Shown piece after piece: positions 48,727 to 60,367 of a DNA stretch of 64,000 nucleotides. The stretch comes from Macrostomum lignano (Eukaryota), in contig NIVC01000491.1 in the NCBI GenBank assembly GCA_002269645.1, forward strand, positions 451,243 to 515,242, given 5' to 3'. The notes beneath the pieces were generated by a model that searched no databases, was not told the origin of the DNA, and saw only the letters and a program-made list of their open reading frames with translations. Position numbers and translations under genes: made by a program. The stretch's first letter is position 1, and each line of letters begins with the position of its first letter.

Positions 48727-49563
48727 TCAGCCAGTCAGTCTTCGCATCTGCACTCTCTGCATTGCTCCTCGAACTTCTTGACGACGTTGAAGGCCCAATT
48801 GCGCGGCCCTGCCGGCGCAGGTTTGCCGAAACTCCGGCACAAATCGGGCATAGACGCACAGATTGCACACCGAATCGAGTAGGACGCACAATTCCACGCA
48901 AAATTGGAACGCTTTGCCACCGGGACTGGCCACGGGAAAGTTCGTGGCGTTCTGCAGAACTGTGCCCACGAATGCAGGAGTGTGCAGCGCGGTGAACACC
49001 ATCGCCATGCACAGCACGGTGCAGCTGGCGTTCCGTCGGTTCCGGCGTCCATTCCGCTGGCTGTCTTCGACGTTGCTGTGCTGATGCATTCGTTGGTGGT
49101 GCCGCATCATTCTAAGCACCATTGCGACTGTGAAAGACAGCACTAGAGTTACTGGTACAGCCGTTTGGTAAAGAAAATAGGCGCATATTTCGAACGGTTT
49201 AAACCAGGCGTAGTTCAGCAGTAGGTTGAATGGACTCCAGTCATTGCCGGATGTTGGTTCCATGCCGGTCTCAGCCCTTGGGACGGAAGGCACTCCGATG
49301 TGACCATAAACGTCGGAATCATCGTTGCTGTCGCCGTGACAAACTACGAACGCTTCGGCGAATGAACGAACTATGCTTAGCGCCAGACCAATAAGCCAGG
49401 ATACGACCAAGCAGAGTAGAAAGTTTTTACGTCTCAGCAGTTTTCGAGCTCTAAACGGTCTAGCCAGGGCTTCAGTTCGTTGCGCTGTTACTAAAACGTT
49501 GCACCAGTTGCGCAGACTTAGGAAGCTGTCTCCAAGGCAACAAACAAAACCAGCAAGCAGAAC
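48727..49563 (-). CDS. Nested class A (rhodopsin-like) GPCR exon 2 (TM3-TM7)
   Basis: Acceptor CATTCAG|GTT; TM3 RNWCNVLVTAQRTEALARPF; TM5 YQTAVP; TM6 FTALHTP; TM7 DSVCNLCVY followed by helix-8 EFR. Confidence 0.85.
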   Translation of the reverse strand, partial: VLLAGFVCCLGDSFLSLRNWCNVLVTAQRTEALARPFRARKLLRRKNFLLCLVVSWLIGLALSIVRSFAEAFVVCHGDSNDDSDVYGHIGVPSVPRAETGMEPTSGNDWSPFNLLLNYAWFKPFEICAYFLYQTAVPVTLVLSFTVAMVLRMMRHHQRMHQHSNVEDSQRNGRRNRRNASCTVLCMAMVFTALHTPAFVGTVLQNATNFPVASPGGKAFQFCVELCVLLDSVCNLCVYARFVPEFRQTCAGRAAQLGLQRRQEVRGAMQRVQMRRLTG

Positions 49564-49630
49564 CTGAATGAATATTTTTAGCGGTTCAACTCAGAACTCG
49601 AGCGATTTAATAATGAAAAACTAGATTTAC

Positions 49631-49996
49631 CTGAGGATGAGCCTCAACGTTCGTCCAGTACATGCAAGCGCCGCTAAGCACATTGATAAAATCCATATTG
49701 GCGCAAGACAAGTATAAACATTGAGTAACTGTCAGAGAAACCAAAGAGCACCGGAAGTCAGTTGATCTCCTTCGGGGAGCTCGAAGAAACACGACCAGGG
49801 TTGCCAAGGTGAGCAGCAGAGCCAGGCTGGACACTGGGAGTAAAGCCATAGACATCTTGATGTCGGTCGAGTCGCAGTAACTAGCCAGCTGCGGCCGATC
49901 TGACTGATGCCTGCTCGTGTTGATAATCTGGAAAAGAGTGGCGCACGAGCTGAGATTTCTATGAAGACTGCGGCGATAAAGAGCGCCCTCGAACAT
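49631..49996 (-). CDS. Nested GPCR exon 1 (N-terminus with NLS/NTS sequons, TM1, TM2); spliced product ~400 aa
   Basis: ATG at 49996; donor CAG|GTAAAT; 67-nt phase-0 intron. Confidence 0.8.
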
Positions 49997-50690
49997 GACT
50001 GGAAACTGATCCGATGTACACTGAAATTGAAGCAACCAAATGCAGGAATTTGTGGCGCAGTTCGGCCTGCATCGGTTAACCGGCTAGAAAACTTTTTTAT
50101 AGTTCTTCCCAGCTTGTTTCCAGCAATTAGCAAGGCGTGATTGGTAGGATTTTTATTCGCCATAAGCGAATGCACTGGCGTGCGTCGGGCTGGTCTCTCT
50201 GGCTCCTTTTTTTAAAGTGGCTTAGAAAATTCTGAGGCTGGCCCAGTCTATCAAAATATCTTGAATTAAAATTGAAATTTTGTGCAGTTATTTTCCACTC
50301 AGACTCGGTTTGTTCCAATAGAATTTTTCGTTAGCTAAGTGACTACCTTTTTTGCATGGCAGTTTTGCGTGCACTTTAAGTGCTCAAGGGTAATACGGGC
50401 GTAGGTTAAAGGACATTGTACCCCTTGTACTTAATCCTAGAGTCTTTTGCCTCGATGAAGTTATTTGCAAGCTGAATATATTTTATAGCGCGAAGCAAGA
50501 ATTCGCATGCACATGCGATACTGCTTTTAGACATTTAAAAAGGCACCATTGCTATTTCACTTTTTTGTTGTGGAACTCATGCTTTGACTTTATGGGTTCC
50601 TTTTGCTGTTGTTCGGGTTCACATGTGTTTACTAAAGTGTCTGATAAATCATTAGTTCATGGCTACCTAAACAAATCATTTCACACCTAG

Positions 50691-51625
50691 ACTGTTTCTG
50701 ACACAGCACCTGTACGCCGCCAATGAAGTTCTGCAAGGCTGTCTGTCTCACGTTCAGCAATTGTGCGAGGCGGCGTGTCCAAGAGCTGCATCGGTGCAGC
50801 AGCAGCAGCAGCTCAATCAGTCCTCAGCTTCTCCAGGCATTGCGCTGCTCGTTTTAAACCCGAACGAGCCCTTGCCGCTCGATGAATTCCTGGATAGGCA
50901 GGCCACTCAACGTCAACTAGGCGCGAAAGCTATCGTCGCGTTGCGTCAGACCATCGTCGAGTTGGCTTACGAGTCCTGCGCCGTAGTGGCCGAAATGGAG
51001 GGCATCACGACTGGCATCCGGGATCCCCCAAGACCCGTCCGACTGTCGGCCGAACGCGTAGCCGATTTGACTCTGCCGCCGGGCGCTTCAACTGCGTCGC
51101 CTCGACGATCGACCGCTGAACCGTCTTACGCTGAGCGCGGCCAGTGGAAGAAGATTCTGCGCCGGCTGTGCGAGTTTCTGCGTCTACTCGACTGCCAGGT
51201 GATGGACCTGCTGCACCGCTTGGTACTGCGCGACGTGCGCCGCCTAGTGGACTTTCTTGGCGCCTCCTGCGTCGAAGGCGAACGACTGGCGACCGAGGCT
51301 GAGCGACGTCGACTGGCGAATCAAAGCAACAGCGCCATGGAATTTGATAGTGACGGCGAAACTGATGCCGGGGTTAAGGAGCCTGTGGACAAGCGCCCTC
51401 CAGCTCAGGCCCAGCCTGGCGCCGACGACGGCATTCCGCGATTCGATTTCGAGCGTCGACCGGAGGTTCAAGTACCGCCCGATCCTGACGCCGTGCTGGC
51501 CGCTGTAAAAGCTCAGCGTCAGGTCACACGACCGCCTGAGGCTGCGCTGAAGCTGCGACTGCAGCTCGACTTTGTATCTGCGGCTGAGGCGGCGGCGGCT
51601 GCTGATACTAGAGGGGCCGTTTATA
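50691..51625 (+). CDS. DNAH14: Dynein heavy chain exon 5
   Basis: CCTAG|A completes the phase-2 codon; LFLTQHLYAANEVLQGCL; donor TATA|GTGAGT. Confidence 0.85.
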
Positions 51626-52200
51626 GTGAGTTTTATTGACTATAATAATCCATATAATCTCTATGCCTGATGTAGTTGATTTGAAGAAAGAAGCTTTCTC
51701 TTTGGGGAATAAATTTACGATCCTTATTATTTTTGTGTCGTAAACAAAAAATGGTAAAACAATAAAGTTGTGCCAACGTTATTGTCTCATTAAAATTGCT
51801 TAATATATGGCGATTTTGTTGAGTGGCATTTACCCGCGAAAAAAATTTATTCATAAATAGAAATTTGTTGTGTTCAGCCTAATTCTAGGCATTATTGCTT
51901 TTTTGTCGCATCATTAAGTTTAGCTTTAGGGGTTGGCACACTTTCTGGAGGCAAAGGTTCACGGGACAAATGTCATACGAGCGCGCATATTTCATTTGTA
52001 AGCAATAGCGTCTATGTTTTTCCTTTTCGTCTTTTAGAGTTTCATTGCAGAAAATTTCAGTATTCACTAATACTTTGGAAGCGAAAGTTAGGTCCGACTG
52101 TTATTATGGTTATGTTATCGTCATGTTATGCTAGGTAATGCTATGTTATGTTAAGAGTACGTTTTAGTAAAAATTACCCGTATTTCTTGCTCTCCCTCAG

Positions 52201-53656
52201 AGCCGGCCTCCGCCCAAGCCAGCCAACGTCGACGGCAGACCACGGCCACCTCATCGTCAATTTCATTTGGCGGCGTTGGCGCTTCAACTTTTGCCGACGC
52301 GGACAGCAACGCTGCTAACGAAGACGACGATCTACAGGATGAAGACGTCAACGAAGACGATGGGAGCGATGGAACCTCGTCTGAGACCGACGACAATCAG
52401 GACGACGACGACGATGACAACGAGAATGCGTCGAGACACGGGGACGACGCACCAGAAGAGAAAATGGGTAGCAAGGATCTTCGCGCCCTGCCGGTCACTA
52501 AGCCCGAGCATTCCGAGCTTCGAATGCGCCTAACGGAGCTCGTCTCAGCCACCGAGCAATGCGCACTCGAAGCGCCCAGCCTGCTAAAATGCGACCGACT
52601 GCGCGTGTTCGACTATCGCAAATACGACAAGCGACAGTCGCAGTCGAGACCTGCTTCCGGCGCATCTGCCGACAACAAATCCGTTGCCGATGAGGAAGAC
52701 AAAGACGACGAGACGGTGGCCACTCTCGGTGGCGACATGACCTGGCCAAATCGTCAGCTGCTCTTCGACAGCGACGCGGCGCATCAGGCGGCTCTGTCGG
52801 AGCTGAGCAGCACCGTCGACCGATCAGAGTCAAACGTGGCCGCTTTCGCTCGCCAGTTTATCCGTTTCTGCGGCATGGTGGACACAGCTAAGCAGTTGGA
52901 CGTTCACAAGGCTAACGCTAAGCGTCCGTGGCAGACGGAAGATTTTCATCGGGCGCTGCTAACCTTCACCGAGCACGTTTCGGCTATGAAATCCATGGTG
53001 CCAGAGCAGCGCGTAGATTTTGTTAGCGTATCAACCGAAGATTTCGCTTCGTCGTGTCTGCCGCACCCGTCTCGAGTGCTGGGACAGATCAGCGAAATCC
53101 TGCCGCGGCAGGCTCACGCCAGAAACGTTGCCCTGCTTAACCACGTGCACGACGCATCGAAACGGTTGGACATCACGCCGGACAACGTCGAACAGTTTGT
53201 CGATCATTTGACCTTCTTAAACAAGACGGCCGCCGAGCTGCCCGCTATGGAAAAAGAGTTCCTAGTTGTTAATAGGATGTTCACCATCGCCAGAGATTTC
53301 GGTGTACAGTTGGAAGCCGAAAGCATGGCTCTGTACAAAACTCTGGGACCGAGCTACCAACGATTGAAGAACATCGTCATGTACCACGAGGCCAAGAAGG
53401 AAGAAAGTGTGCAACGCTTCAGCGCTGACCTGGAGAGCCTCATCAACAAGATTAGGAACGAGATCACCGACCTGAGAGTGGAGGTCAATCAGCCGATGTT
53501 TCTAAGTCGAGCGACCGCAGAGAAAACTGCGGTCGAAGCGATCCGCGAGCTCCAGGAGAAAGTCGGCGGACTGAGCATCAAAGCGCGCAGCTACGCCTCC
53601 TATCAGGAGCGATTCGGCAGCCAGGCCCAGGCTAGACAAGCTCGCTTCTTCTCCGA
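52201..53656 (+). CDS. DNAH14: Dynein heavy chain exon 6 (acidic insert plus tail helices)
   Basis: CCTCAG|AG; LPHPSRVL, LDITPDNVEQFVDHLTFL, ARSYASYQERF; donor GA|GTGAGT. Confidence 0.9.
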
Positions 53657-53749
53657 GTGAGTGAATGCTCCAAGATAATTCTAAATCCCACTTTTTTATT
53701 TCGATCCCACATCTCAGGATCTGAGATTTTAGGATTTTAGGATTTTAGG

Positions 53750-53944
53750 ATCCCCAGATGCCACATCCCCAGATGCCACATCCCCAGATGCCACATCCCC
53801 AGATGCCACATCCCCAGATGCCACATCCCCAGATGCCACATCCCCAGATGCCACATCCCCAGATGCCACATCCCCAGATGCCACATCCCCAGATGCCACA
53901 TCCCCAGATGCCACATCCCCAGATGCCACATCCCCAGATGCCAC
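53750..53944. repeat. 15-bp minisatellite (GCCACATCCCCAGAT)n in dynein intron 6
   Basis: About 13 perfect copies; source of the MPHPQ/WHLGM ORFs. Confidence 0.97.
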
Positions 53945-53971
53945 CCTCTTGCTTCCCGCATCCGCCCACAG

Positions 53972-54380
53972 AGACTCCGGAGGTGCCAGCAGCACTGCCA
54001 AAGCGATTCAGCAGGAGCTGGCTGAGCTGGAGCGCGACCTCACGCTGCGCCGCCTACTCTGGGACAGCCTGGAGGAATGGCGCCAGCTGCACAAGGAGCT
54101 GGAGCTGACGCCACTGCACCAGTTGAACGTGGACAGTCTACAGAAGAGCGTCGCCAAGTTCACCCAGACAGTTTTCATGCTAGAGAAAGGCCTGCCTCAT
54201 AACGACGTTCTGCCGCACCTCAAGGAGGAGGTGATGGAGTTCAAAACCGGGATGCCGGTTGTGCTGGCGCTTAGGAATCCAAATTTGAAGCCGCGGCATT
54301 GGAAAGATATTGACGACATTGTGCAGAAGAATATCAGCCAGGATGAGCTGTTGACCTTGGTGGATCTTATCGAGACAAAT
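53972..54380 (+). CDS. DNAH14: Dynein heavy chain exon 7 (LRRLLWDS...LEKGLP...LRNPNLKPRHW)
   Basis: DHC_N2 start motifs; CACAG|A and AAT|GTGAGT. Confidence 0.93.
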
Positions 54381-54444
54381 GTGAGTGCGGTGGCTTAGTG
54401 ATGATGCGCGATGGTTGTTTGGCCTTAATTTTTTGTTTGATGTG

Positions 54445-54745
54445 GCATAATGGAATGACGGGATGGGATCATTGGAGGATGGGATGATTGGGAAGAGAAG
54501 ATGCTAGAATTATGGGATGATGCATGGGATGGTTGGAGGATGGGATGATAAGATGATGGGATGATGGAATGATTAGATGATGGGATGATGGGATGATTAG
54601 ATGATGGGATTATGGGATTCTGGGATAATAGGATGATTGGATGCTGGGATGATGGATGATGGGATGACTGGAGGATGGGATGATAGAAGTATGGGTTGAT
54701 TAGATGATGGAATGACGGGATGAGATGACTGGATGATGGGATAAC
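54445..54745. repeat. Degenerate (GGAT/GAT)n low-complexity tract in intron 7
   Basis: Read directly. Confidence 0.85.
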
Positions 54746-54848
54746 TATTGAGGATGTAGGAGCCTTGGATATGCATGATGAATCATGTATCCAGGATAAC
54801 CGAAACGTTAATTCCAAACTCGACCCCCTCTTCCCCAAAACCCGCCAG

Positions 54849-55606
54849 GTGCTTCGGCATCGCAACACAATCCAAGAGATTTCCACAACTGCTAGCAACG
54901 AGGCCACTCTGGAGCAGATGCTGCGCAAAGTGGTGGAGCTCTGGCAAAGCACCGAATTCCGGCTTGTCAGTCATCAAGCTCGCGGCACCTGGATCGTGTC
55001 CGGTGCTGAGGACATCCAAGCGCAGCTAGAGGAATCGCAGCTTACAGTCGGCACAATCCGGTCATCGCGATACGTCGGACCGATTCGCAACCAAGTCGAA
55101 GAGTGGGAGCGCAGGTTGAACCTGTTCTCTCGCACCCTGGACGAGTGGATGTCCTGCCAGAGGAACTGGCTCTACCTGGAGCAGGTGTTTCACACGCCCG
55201 ATATTCAACGCCAGCTGCCGGCAGAATCGAAGGCGTTCGCCTGGGTGGACAAGCAGTGGCAGGAGCTCATGCGCAAGGTTGACGACCGACCGAACGCGCT
55301 TCGATGCGGAACTTCCGCTGGCACGTTTGAAACTCTTCAACAGTGCAACATCCAGCTGGACAAGGTGCAGAAATGCCTGGAAGACTACCTGGAAACTAAA
55401 CGACTTATCTTTCCCAGATTTTATTTCCTTAGCAACGACGAACTGTTGGACATCCTGGCGCAGGCCAAGAATTTGGATGCCGTACAGCCGCACCTGCCGA
55501 AGCTGTTCAGCAACGTAAAGCAGCTGGACATTCGCCAGTTGCCAAGGCAACCGCCCACAGTGTTCAATATGGCCAGCGCTGAGGGGGAAATTATGAGCAT
55601 GCCAAA
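54849..55606 (+). CDS. DNAH14: Dynein heavy chain exon 8 (QRNWLYLEQVF, FPRFYFLSNDELLDIL, VQPHL)
   Basis: Diagnostic DHC_N2/linker motifs. Confidence 0.97.
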
Positions 55607-55624
55607 GTGAGTTGTGACGTCGAA

Positions 55625-55910
55625 TTAAAGTAGAATGATTCACGGATTCACGGCTGAAAGGTCGGGGGTTCGATTCTCGACCCCCCTCGGAACAATTTGA
55701 GTCCTTGAGCAAGACACTTAACTCTGCATTGCTTCAGTTCACCCAGCTGTAAAATGGGTGCCAGCATTAGCTGGGGTAATTGAGGGTGTGTGTGGTGACC
55801 CCCCCCCCCCCAGTCCTTGGACTGAACAGCCGTACGCAGCCTTCAGACGTGCCGCGCAATAGCTGCGGCTGAGCTGTCGGTTGCACATCTATCCGTCTAT
55901 AGGTCAGTAA
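55625..55910 (+). mobile_element. tRNA-derived SINE with CORE-like central domain
   Basis: B box GGGTTCGATTC (~55667), then GTCCTTGAGCAAGACACTTAACTC...CTTCAGTTCACCCAGCTGTAAAATGGG, resembling the MIR CORE consensus. Confidence 0.7.
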
Positions 55911-56071
55911 TTATTGTAACAAGTCATATTATCTTAAGATTAGCATTTGGTCTGCGTTTTTACGTCTAAAAGCAGTCTTCATAGTCTGTCCAAGCAACAA
56001 AGATTCATCTAAAATGCTTTTTTGCTCTAAAACCGAAACGATTTTAAAATCGAATGCACTCTGAATTGCAG

Positions 56072-56146
56072 AAATCTGCGCGCAAGAGGCGCAGTGGAGC
56101 AGTGGCTTGGCAGCGTCGAGGGCGGAATGTTCGACACCGTGAAGAA
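56072..56146 (+). CDS. DNAH14: Dynein heavy chain exon 9 (NLRARGAVEQWLGSVEGGMF)
   Basis: G-x-V-E-x-W-L motif; phases match neighbouring exons. Confidence 0.92.
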
Positions 56147-56279
56147 GTGAGCAATTTTGGGACAGTGTTTTGTTTAAATAATTGCTTGTACTTTGCTTTG
56201 AGCAAACATTATCCTAACGTTAGGAATGACTGAAGATATTCTTATTATGGAAAATTTTTTAAATGCGAGAGATTACCCA

Positions 56280-56640
56280 AGGTGTGGGATTCCTAAGGTG
56301 TGAGATTCCTAAGTTGGGAGATTCCTAAGGTGTAAGATTCCTACGGTTTGAGATTCCTAAGGTGGTAGATTCCTTAGGTGTGAGATTCCTAAGGTGTGAG
56401 ATTCCTAAGGTGTGAGATTCCTAAGGTGTGAGATTCCTAAGGTGTGAGATTCCTAAGGTGTGAGATTCCTAAGGTGTGAGATTCCTAAGGTGTGAGATTC
56501 CTTAGGTGTGAGATTCCTTAGGTGTGAGATTCCTAAGGTGTGAGATTCCTAAGTTGGTAGATTCCTTAGGTGTGAGCTTCCTTAGGTGTGAGATTTCTTA
56601 GGTGTGAGATTCCTTAGGTGTGAGATTCTTAAACTGTGAG
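56280..56640. repeat. 16-bp minisatellite (CTAAGGTGTGAGATTC)n in intron 9
   Basis: Read directly. Confidence 0.93.
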
Positions 56641-56910
56641 ATTCCGAAGGTGAGAGATTTCCAAGCGGTTGAATTCCTATTCTCAGTCTGGGTGATTATC
56701 AAAGTATATGAGATTCTTAAGATGTATGAAGTTTCTAATGTTCGAGATCTTAAAAAGTGTGAGATTTCTCAAGAATTGAGTTCCTTAATGGCTAACGATG
56801 GCTATTCCGGGACGTGAGATCCACCTATTCGTGTGGTAGTTTGAGTACAATAGCCCCTCCAGACATTGAAAGAATCTAATGCGTCACAATACCCAACACA
56901 AATCGCCCAG

Positions 56911-57016
56911 GCACATTCGCCAGGGTCTCGCTGAGCACCCAGGCTATGCTGGTAAGGGCGTGAGTCAGCTGCAGAGCTGGCTGGTTGATCACGCTGGTCA
57001 AGTCATCCTGACTGTG
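56911..57016 (+). CDS. DNAH14: Dynein heavy chain exon 10 (SWLVDHAGQVILTV)
   Basis: W-x-x-x-x-x-Q-V-I-L-T-V linker motif; phases match. Confidence 0.9.
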
Positions 57017-57159
57017 GTGAGTCTTCAAAGTCTAGTGACGTAATCACTGGAAAGTAGCCGAGGGACCAGTATTTTCTATCCTTTCTATTTACCTTGGCAC
57101 CCCATCTATAGTGACCTATATAGTATTATACAGTCAAGGATGTTAAAAGACCCTCAAGA

Positions 57160-57670
57160 TAAATCTAGAGACCCTGACAACCTATCTAGAGACCCTGATA
57201 CCCTATCTACAGACCCTGACACCCTATCTAGAGACCCTGACACCCTATCTAGAGACCCTGACACCCTATCTAGAGACCCTGAAACCCTATCTAGAGACTC
57301 TGACACCCTATCTAGAGACCCTGACACCCTATCTAGAGACCCTGAAACCCTATCTAGAGACTCTGACACCCTATCTAGAGACCCTGACACCCTATCTAGA
57401 GACCCTGACACCCTATCTACAGACCCTGACACCCTATCTAGAGACCCTGACACCCTATCTAGAGACCCTGAAACCCTATCTAGAGACTCTGACACCCTAT
57501 CTACAGACCCTGACACCCTATCTAGAGACCCTGAAACCCTATCTAGAGACCCCTGAAACCCTATCTAGAGACTCTGACACCCTATCTAGAGACCCTGACA
57601 CCCTATCTAGAGACTCTGACACCCTATCTAGAGACCCTGACACCCTATCTAGAGACCCTGACACCCTATC
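57160..57670. repeat. 21-bp minisatellite (CTAGAGACCCTGACACCCTAT)n in intron 10
   Basis: Read directly. Confidence 0.96.
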
Positions 57671-57761
57671 AATGTACGGCGCATAGGTTTGTGTACCTTT
57701 CAAATAGAAAGACCGAACAAAGATTTCAATAACCTAACAAGAGGACAAAAATTCATTCCAG

Positions 57762-58012
57762 ACTCAAATAATTTTCACCCGAAGCGTCGATGCAGCACTG
57801 AACTCGTCAGATCCACACAAAGGTGTCGTGAAATTTTCCATGAGTACAGTCCAGCTGCTCAACCAGGTGGCCGGGGTGATTTCGGCGCCGCTCAGCGAAC
57901 ACATCCGTCTTGCACTCGAGGCCATGCTGATAGTGAATGTGCACAATCGCGACATCTTAACCAGCTTGGCAGACAATAAGGTGTCCAGCTCTGAGGATTT
58001 CAACTGGAGAAA
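57762..58012 (+). CDS. DNAH14: Dynein heavy chain exon 11 (TQIIFT...LIVNVHNRDI...EDFNW)
   Basis: Corresponds to SQIxW...DVHARD...FDW of dyneins. Confidence 0.92.
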
Positions 58013-58094
58013 GTGAGTTGTGTTTAGAAATTGCCTCAATTGCACCGTAATTGTACTTTTGAGCAAAGTAATTCCACTTTTTAAACAAAGTTTG

Positions 58095-59550
58095 CTGGCC
58101 CTTGGTGCTGGCGCCCCTTGGTGCTGGCGCCCCTTGGTGCTGGCGCCCCTTGGTGCTGGCGCCCCTTGGTGCTGGCGCCCCTTGGTGCTGGCGCCCCTTG
58201 GTGCTGGCGCCCCTTGGTGCTGGCGCCCCTTGGTGCTGGCGCCCCTTGGTGCTGGCGCCCCTTGGTGCTGGCGCCCCTTGGTGCTGGCGCCCCTTGGTGC
58301 TGGCGCCCCTTGGTGCTGGCGCCCCTTGGTGCTGGCGCCCCTTGGTGCTGGCGCCCCTTGGTGCTGGCGCCCCTTGGTGCTGGCGCCCCTTGGTGCTGGC
58401 GCCCCTTGGTGCTGGCGCCCTTGGTGCTGGCGCCCCTTGGTGCTGGCGCCCCTTGGTGCTGGCGCCCCTTGGTGCTGGCGCCCCTTGGTGCTGGCGCCCT
58501 TGGTGCTGGCGCCCCTTGGTGCTGGCGCCCCTTGGTGCTGGCGCCCTTGGTGCTGGCGCCCCTTGGTGCTGGCGCCCCTTGGTGCTGGCGCCCCTTGGTG
58601 CTGGCGCCCCTTGGTGCTGGCGCCCCTTGGTGCTGGCGCCCCTTGGTGCTGGCGCCCCTTGGTGCTGGCGCCCCTTGGTGCTGGCGCCCCTTGGTGCTGG
58701 CGCCCCTTGGTGCTGGCGCCCTTGGTGCTGGCGCCCCTTGGTGCTGGCGCCCCTTGGTGCTGGCGCCCCTTGGTGCTGGCGCCCTTGGTGCTGGCGCCCC
58801 TTGGTGCTGGCGCCCCTTGGTGCTGGCGCCCTTGGTGCTGGCGCCCCTTGGTGCTGGCGCCCCTTGGTGCTGGCGCCCCTTGGTGCTGGCGCCCCTTGGT
58901 GCTGGCGCCCTTGGTGCTGCGCCCTTGGTGCTGGCGCCCCTTGGTGCTGGCGCCCCTTGGTGCTGGCGCCCCTTGGTGCTGGCGCCCTTGGTGCTGGCGC
59001 CCCTTGGTGCTAAAGCCCCTTGGCTGCTTGGCGCCCCTTGGTGCTGGCGCCCCTTGGTGCTGGCGCCCCTTGGTGCTGGCGCCCCTTGGTGCTGGCGCCC
59101 CTTGGTGCTAAAGCCCCTTGTTGCTAAAGCCCCTTGGTGCTAAAGCCCCTTGGTGCTAAAGCCCCTTGTTGCTAAAGCCCCTTGGTGCTAAAGCCCCTTG
59201 GTGCTAAAGCCCCTTGGTGCTAAAGCCTCTTGGTGCTAAAGCCTCTTGGTGCTAAAGCCCCTTGGTGCTAAAGCCCCTTGGTGCTAAAGCCCCTTGGTGC
59301 TAAAGCCCCTTGGTGCTAAAGCCCCTTGGTGCTAAAGCCCCTTGGTGCTAAAGCCCCTTGGTGCTAAAGCCCCTTGGTGCTAAAGCCCCTTGGTGCTAAA
59401 GCCCCTTGGTGGGTGCTAAAGCCCCTTGGTGCTACTCTTGGTGCTCTTGGTGCCCCTTGGTGCTAAAGCCCGTTGGTGCTAAAGCCCCTTGGTGCTAAAG
59501 CCCCTTGGTGCTAAAGCCCCTTGATGCATTTGGTGCTGGCGCCCCCCCCC
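58095..59550. repeat. 16-bp minisatellite (CTTGGTGCTGGCGCCC)n switching to (CTTGGTGCTAAAGCCC)n in intron 11
   Basis: Read directly; fills about 90% of the intron. Confidence 0.97.
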
Positions 59551-59599
59551 GAAAAAATCCCAGCTACACCCAGAGACTTATCCCCATTCCATTCTGCAG

Positions 59600-60367
59600 A
59601 CAGCTTCGCTACCAATGGGACGATGTCAGCAACCAGTGCCAGGCCCTGCAGGTGGACGCAGTCATCCAATACGGCTACGAGTATCTTGGCTGCGCGCCTC
59701 GCCTGGTGCTGACGCCCCTGACAGACCGGTGCTACCTGACCCTGACAGGCGCTATGAGCCTCCACCTGGGCGGCTGCCCGGCTGGCCCGGCTGGCACTGG
59801 CAAGACGGAGACGGTGAAAGACCTCGCCAAGTCAGTGGGCAAGCACTGCGTTGTGTTCAACTGCTCGGAAGGCCTGGACTACAAGATGCTGGGCAAACTG
59901 TTCAGCGGACTGGCTCAGGCTGGAAGCTGGGCCTGCTTTGATGAGTTCAATCGAATCGACATTGAAGTGCTCAGCGTTGTTGCCTCGCAGGTGCAAACAA
60001 TCAAAGCTGCCAAAGATCAATTGGCTCAACGATTCGTATTCGAAGGTCGCGAAGTGAAGCTGGACTCGTCGTGCGGCATCTTCATCACGATGAATCCGAC
60101 TTACGCTGGCCGGGTGGAGCTGCCGGACAATTTGAAATCTCTGTTCCGTCCAGTCGCAATGATGGTGCCGCACTATGCTCTCATTGCCGAGATTCTGCTG
60201 TTCTCTGGCGGATTCCGGTCCGCGAAGATCCTGTCTAGAAAGATTGTCAATCTGTACGAGCTGACCTCTAAGCAGCTGTCGCAGCAGGATCACTACGATT
60301 TCGGTATGCGAGCGATCAAGTACGTCCTGGTCATGGCCGGCCAGATGCGGATGAAAGCGCAGCAGGG
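59600..60367 (+). CDS. DNAH14: Dynein heavy chain exon 12 (AAA1: [52 protein letters not shown])
   Basis: Walker A/B and sensor motifs of dynein AAA1. Confidence 0.98.

Larger units (their letters stand above)
42551..60367 (+). other. DNAH14: Axonemal dynein heavy chain gene span (DNAH14-like, DNAH6 family), first 12 coding exons, ~2013 codons; continues beyond the window
   Basis: All exons join in frame via GT-AG. N-terminal DVLSNIIRLRQRLNWRT and DDGEFVYCL match my recollection of DNAH14; the paralogue call needs a phylogeny. Confidence 0.8.

Noticed and set aside
53729-54108. MPHPQ, WHLGM, WGCGI and GDVAS repeat proteins
   Set aside because: 15-bp intronic minisatellite between dynein exons 6 and 7.
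58020-59143. WCWRPLVLAPLGAGAP repeat proteins
   Set aside because: 16-bp intronic minisatellite read in three frames.
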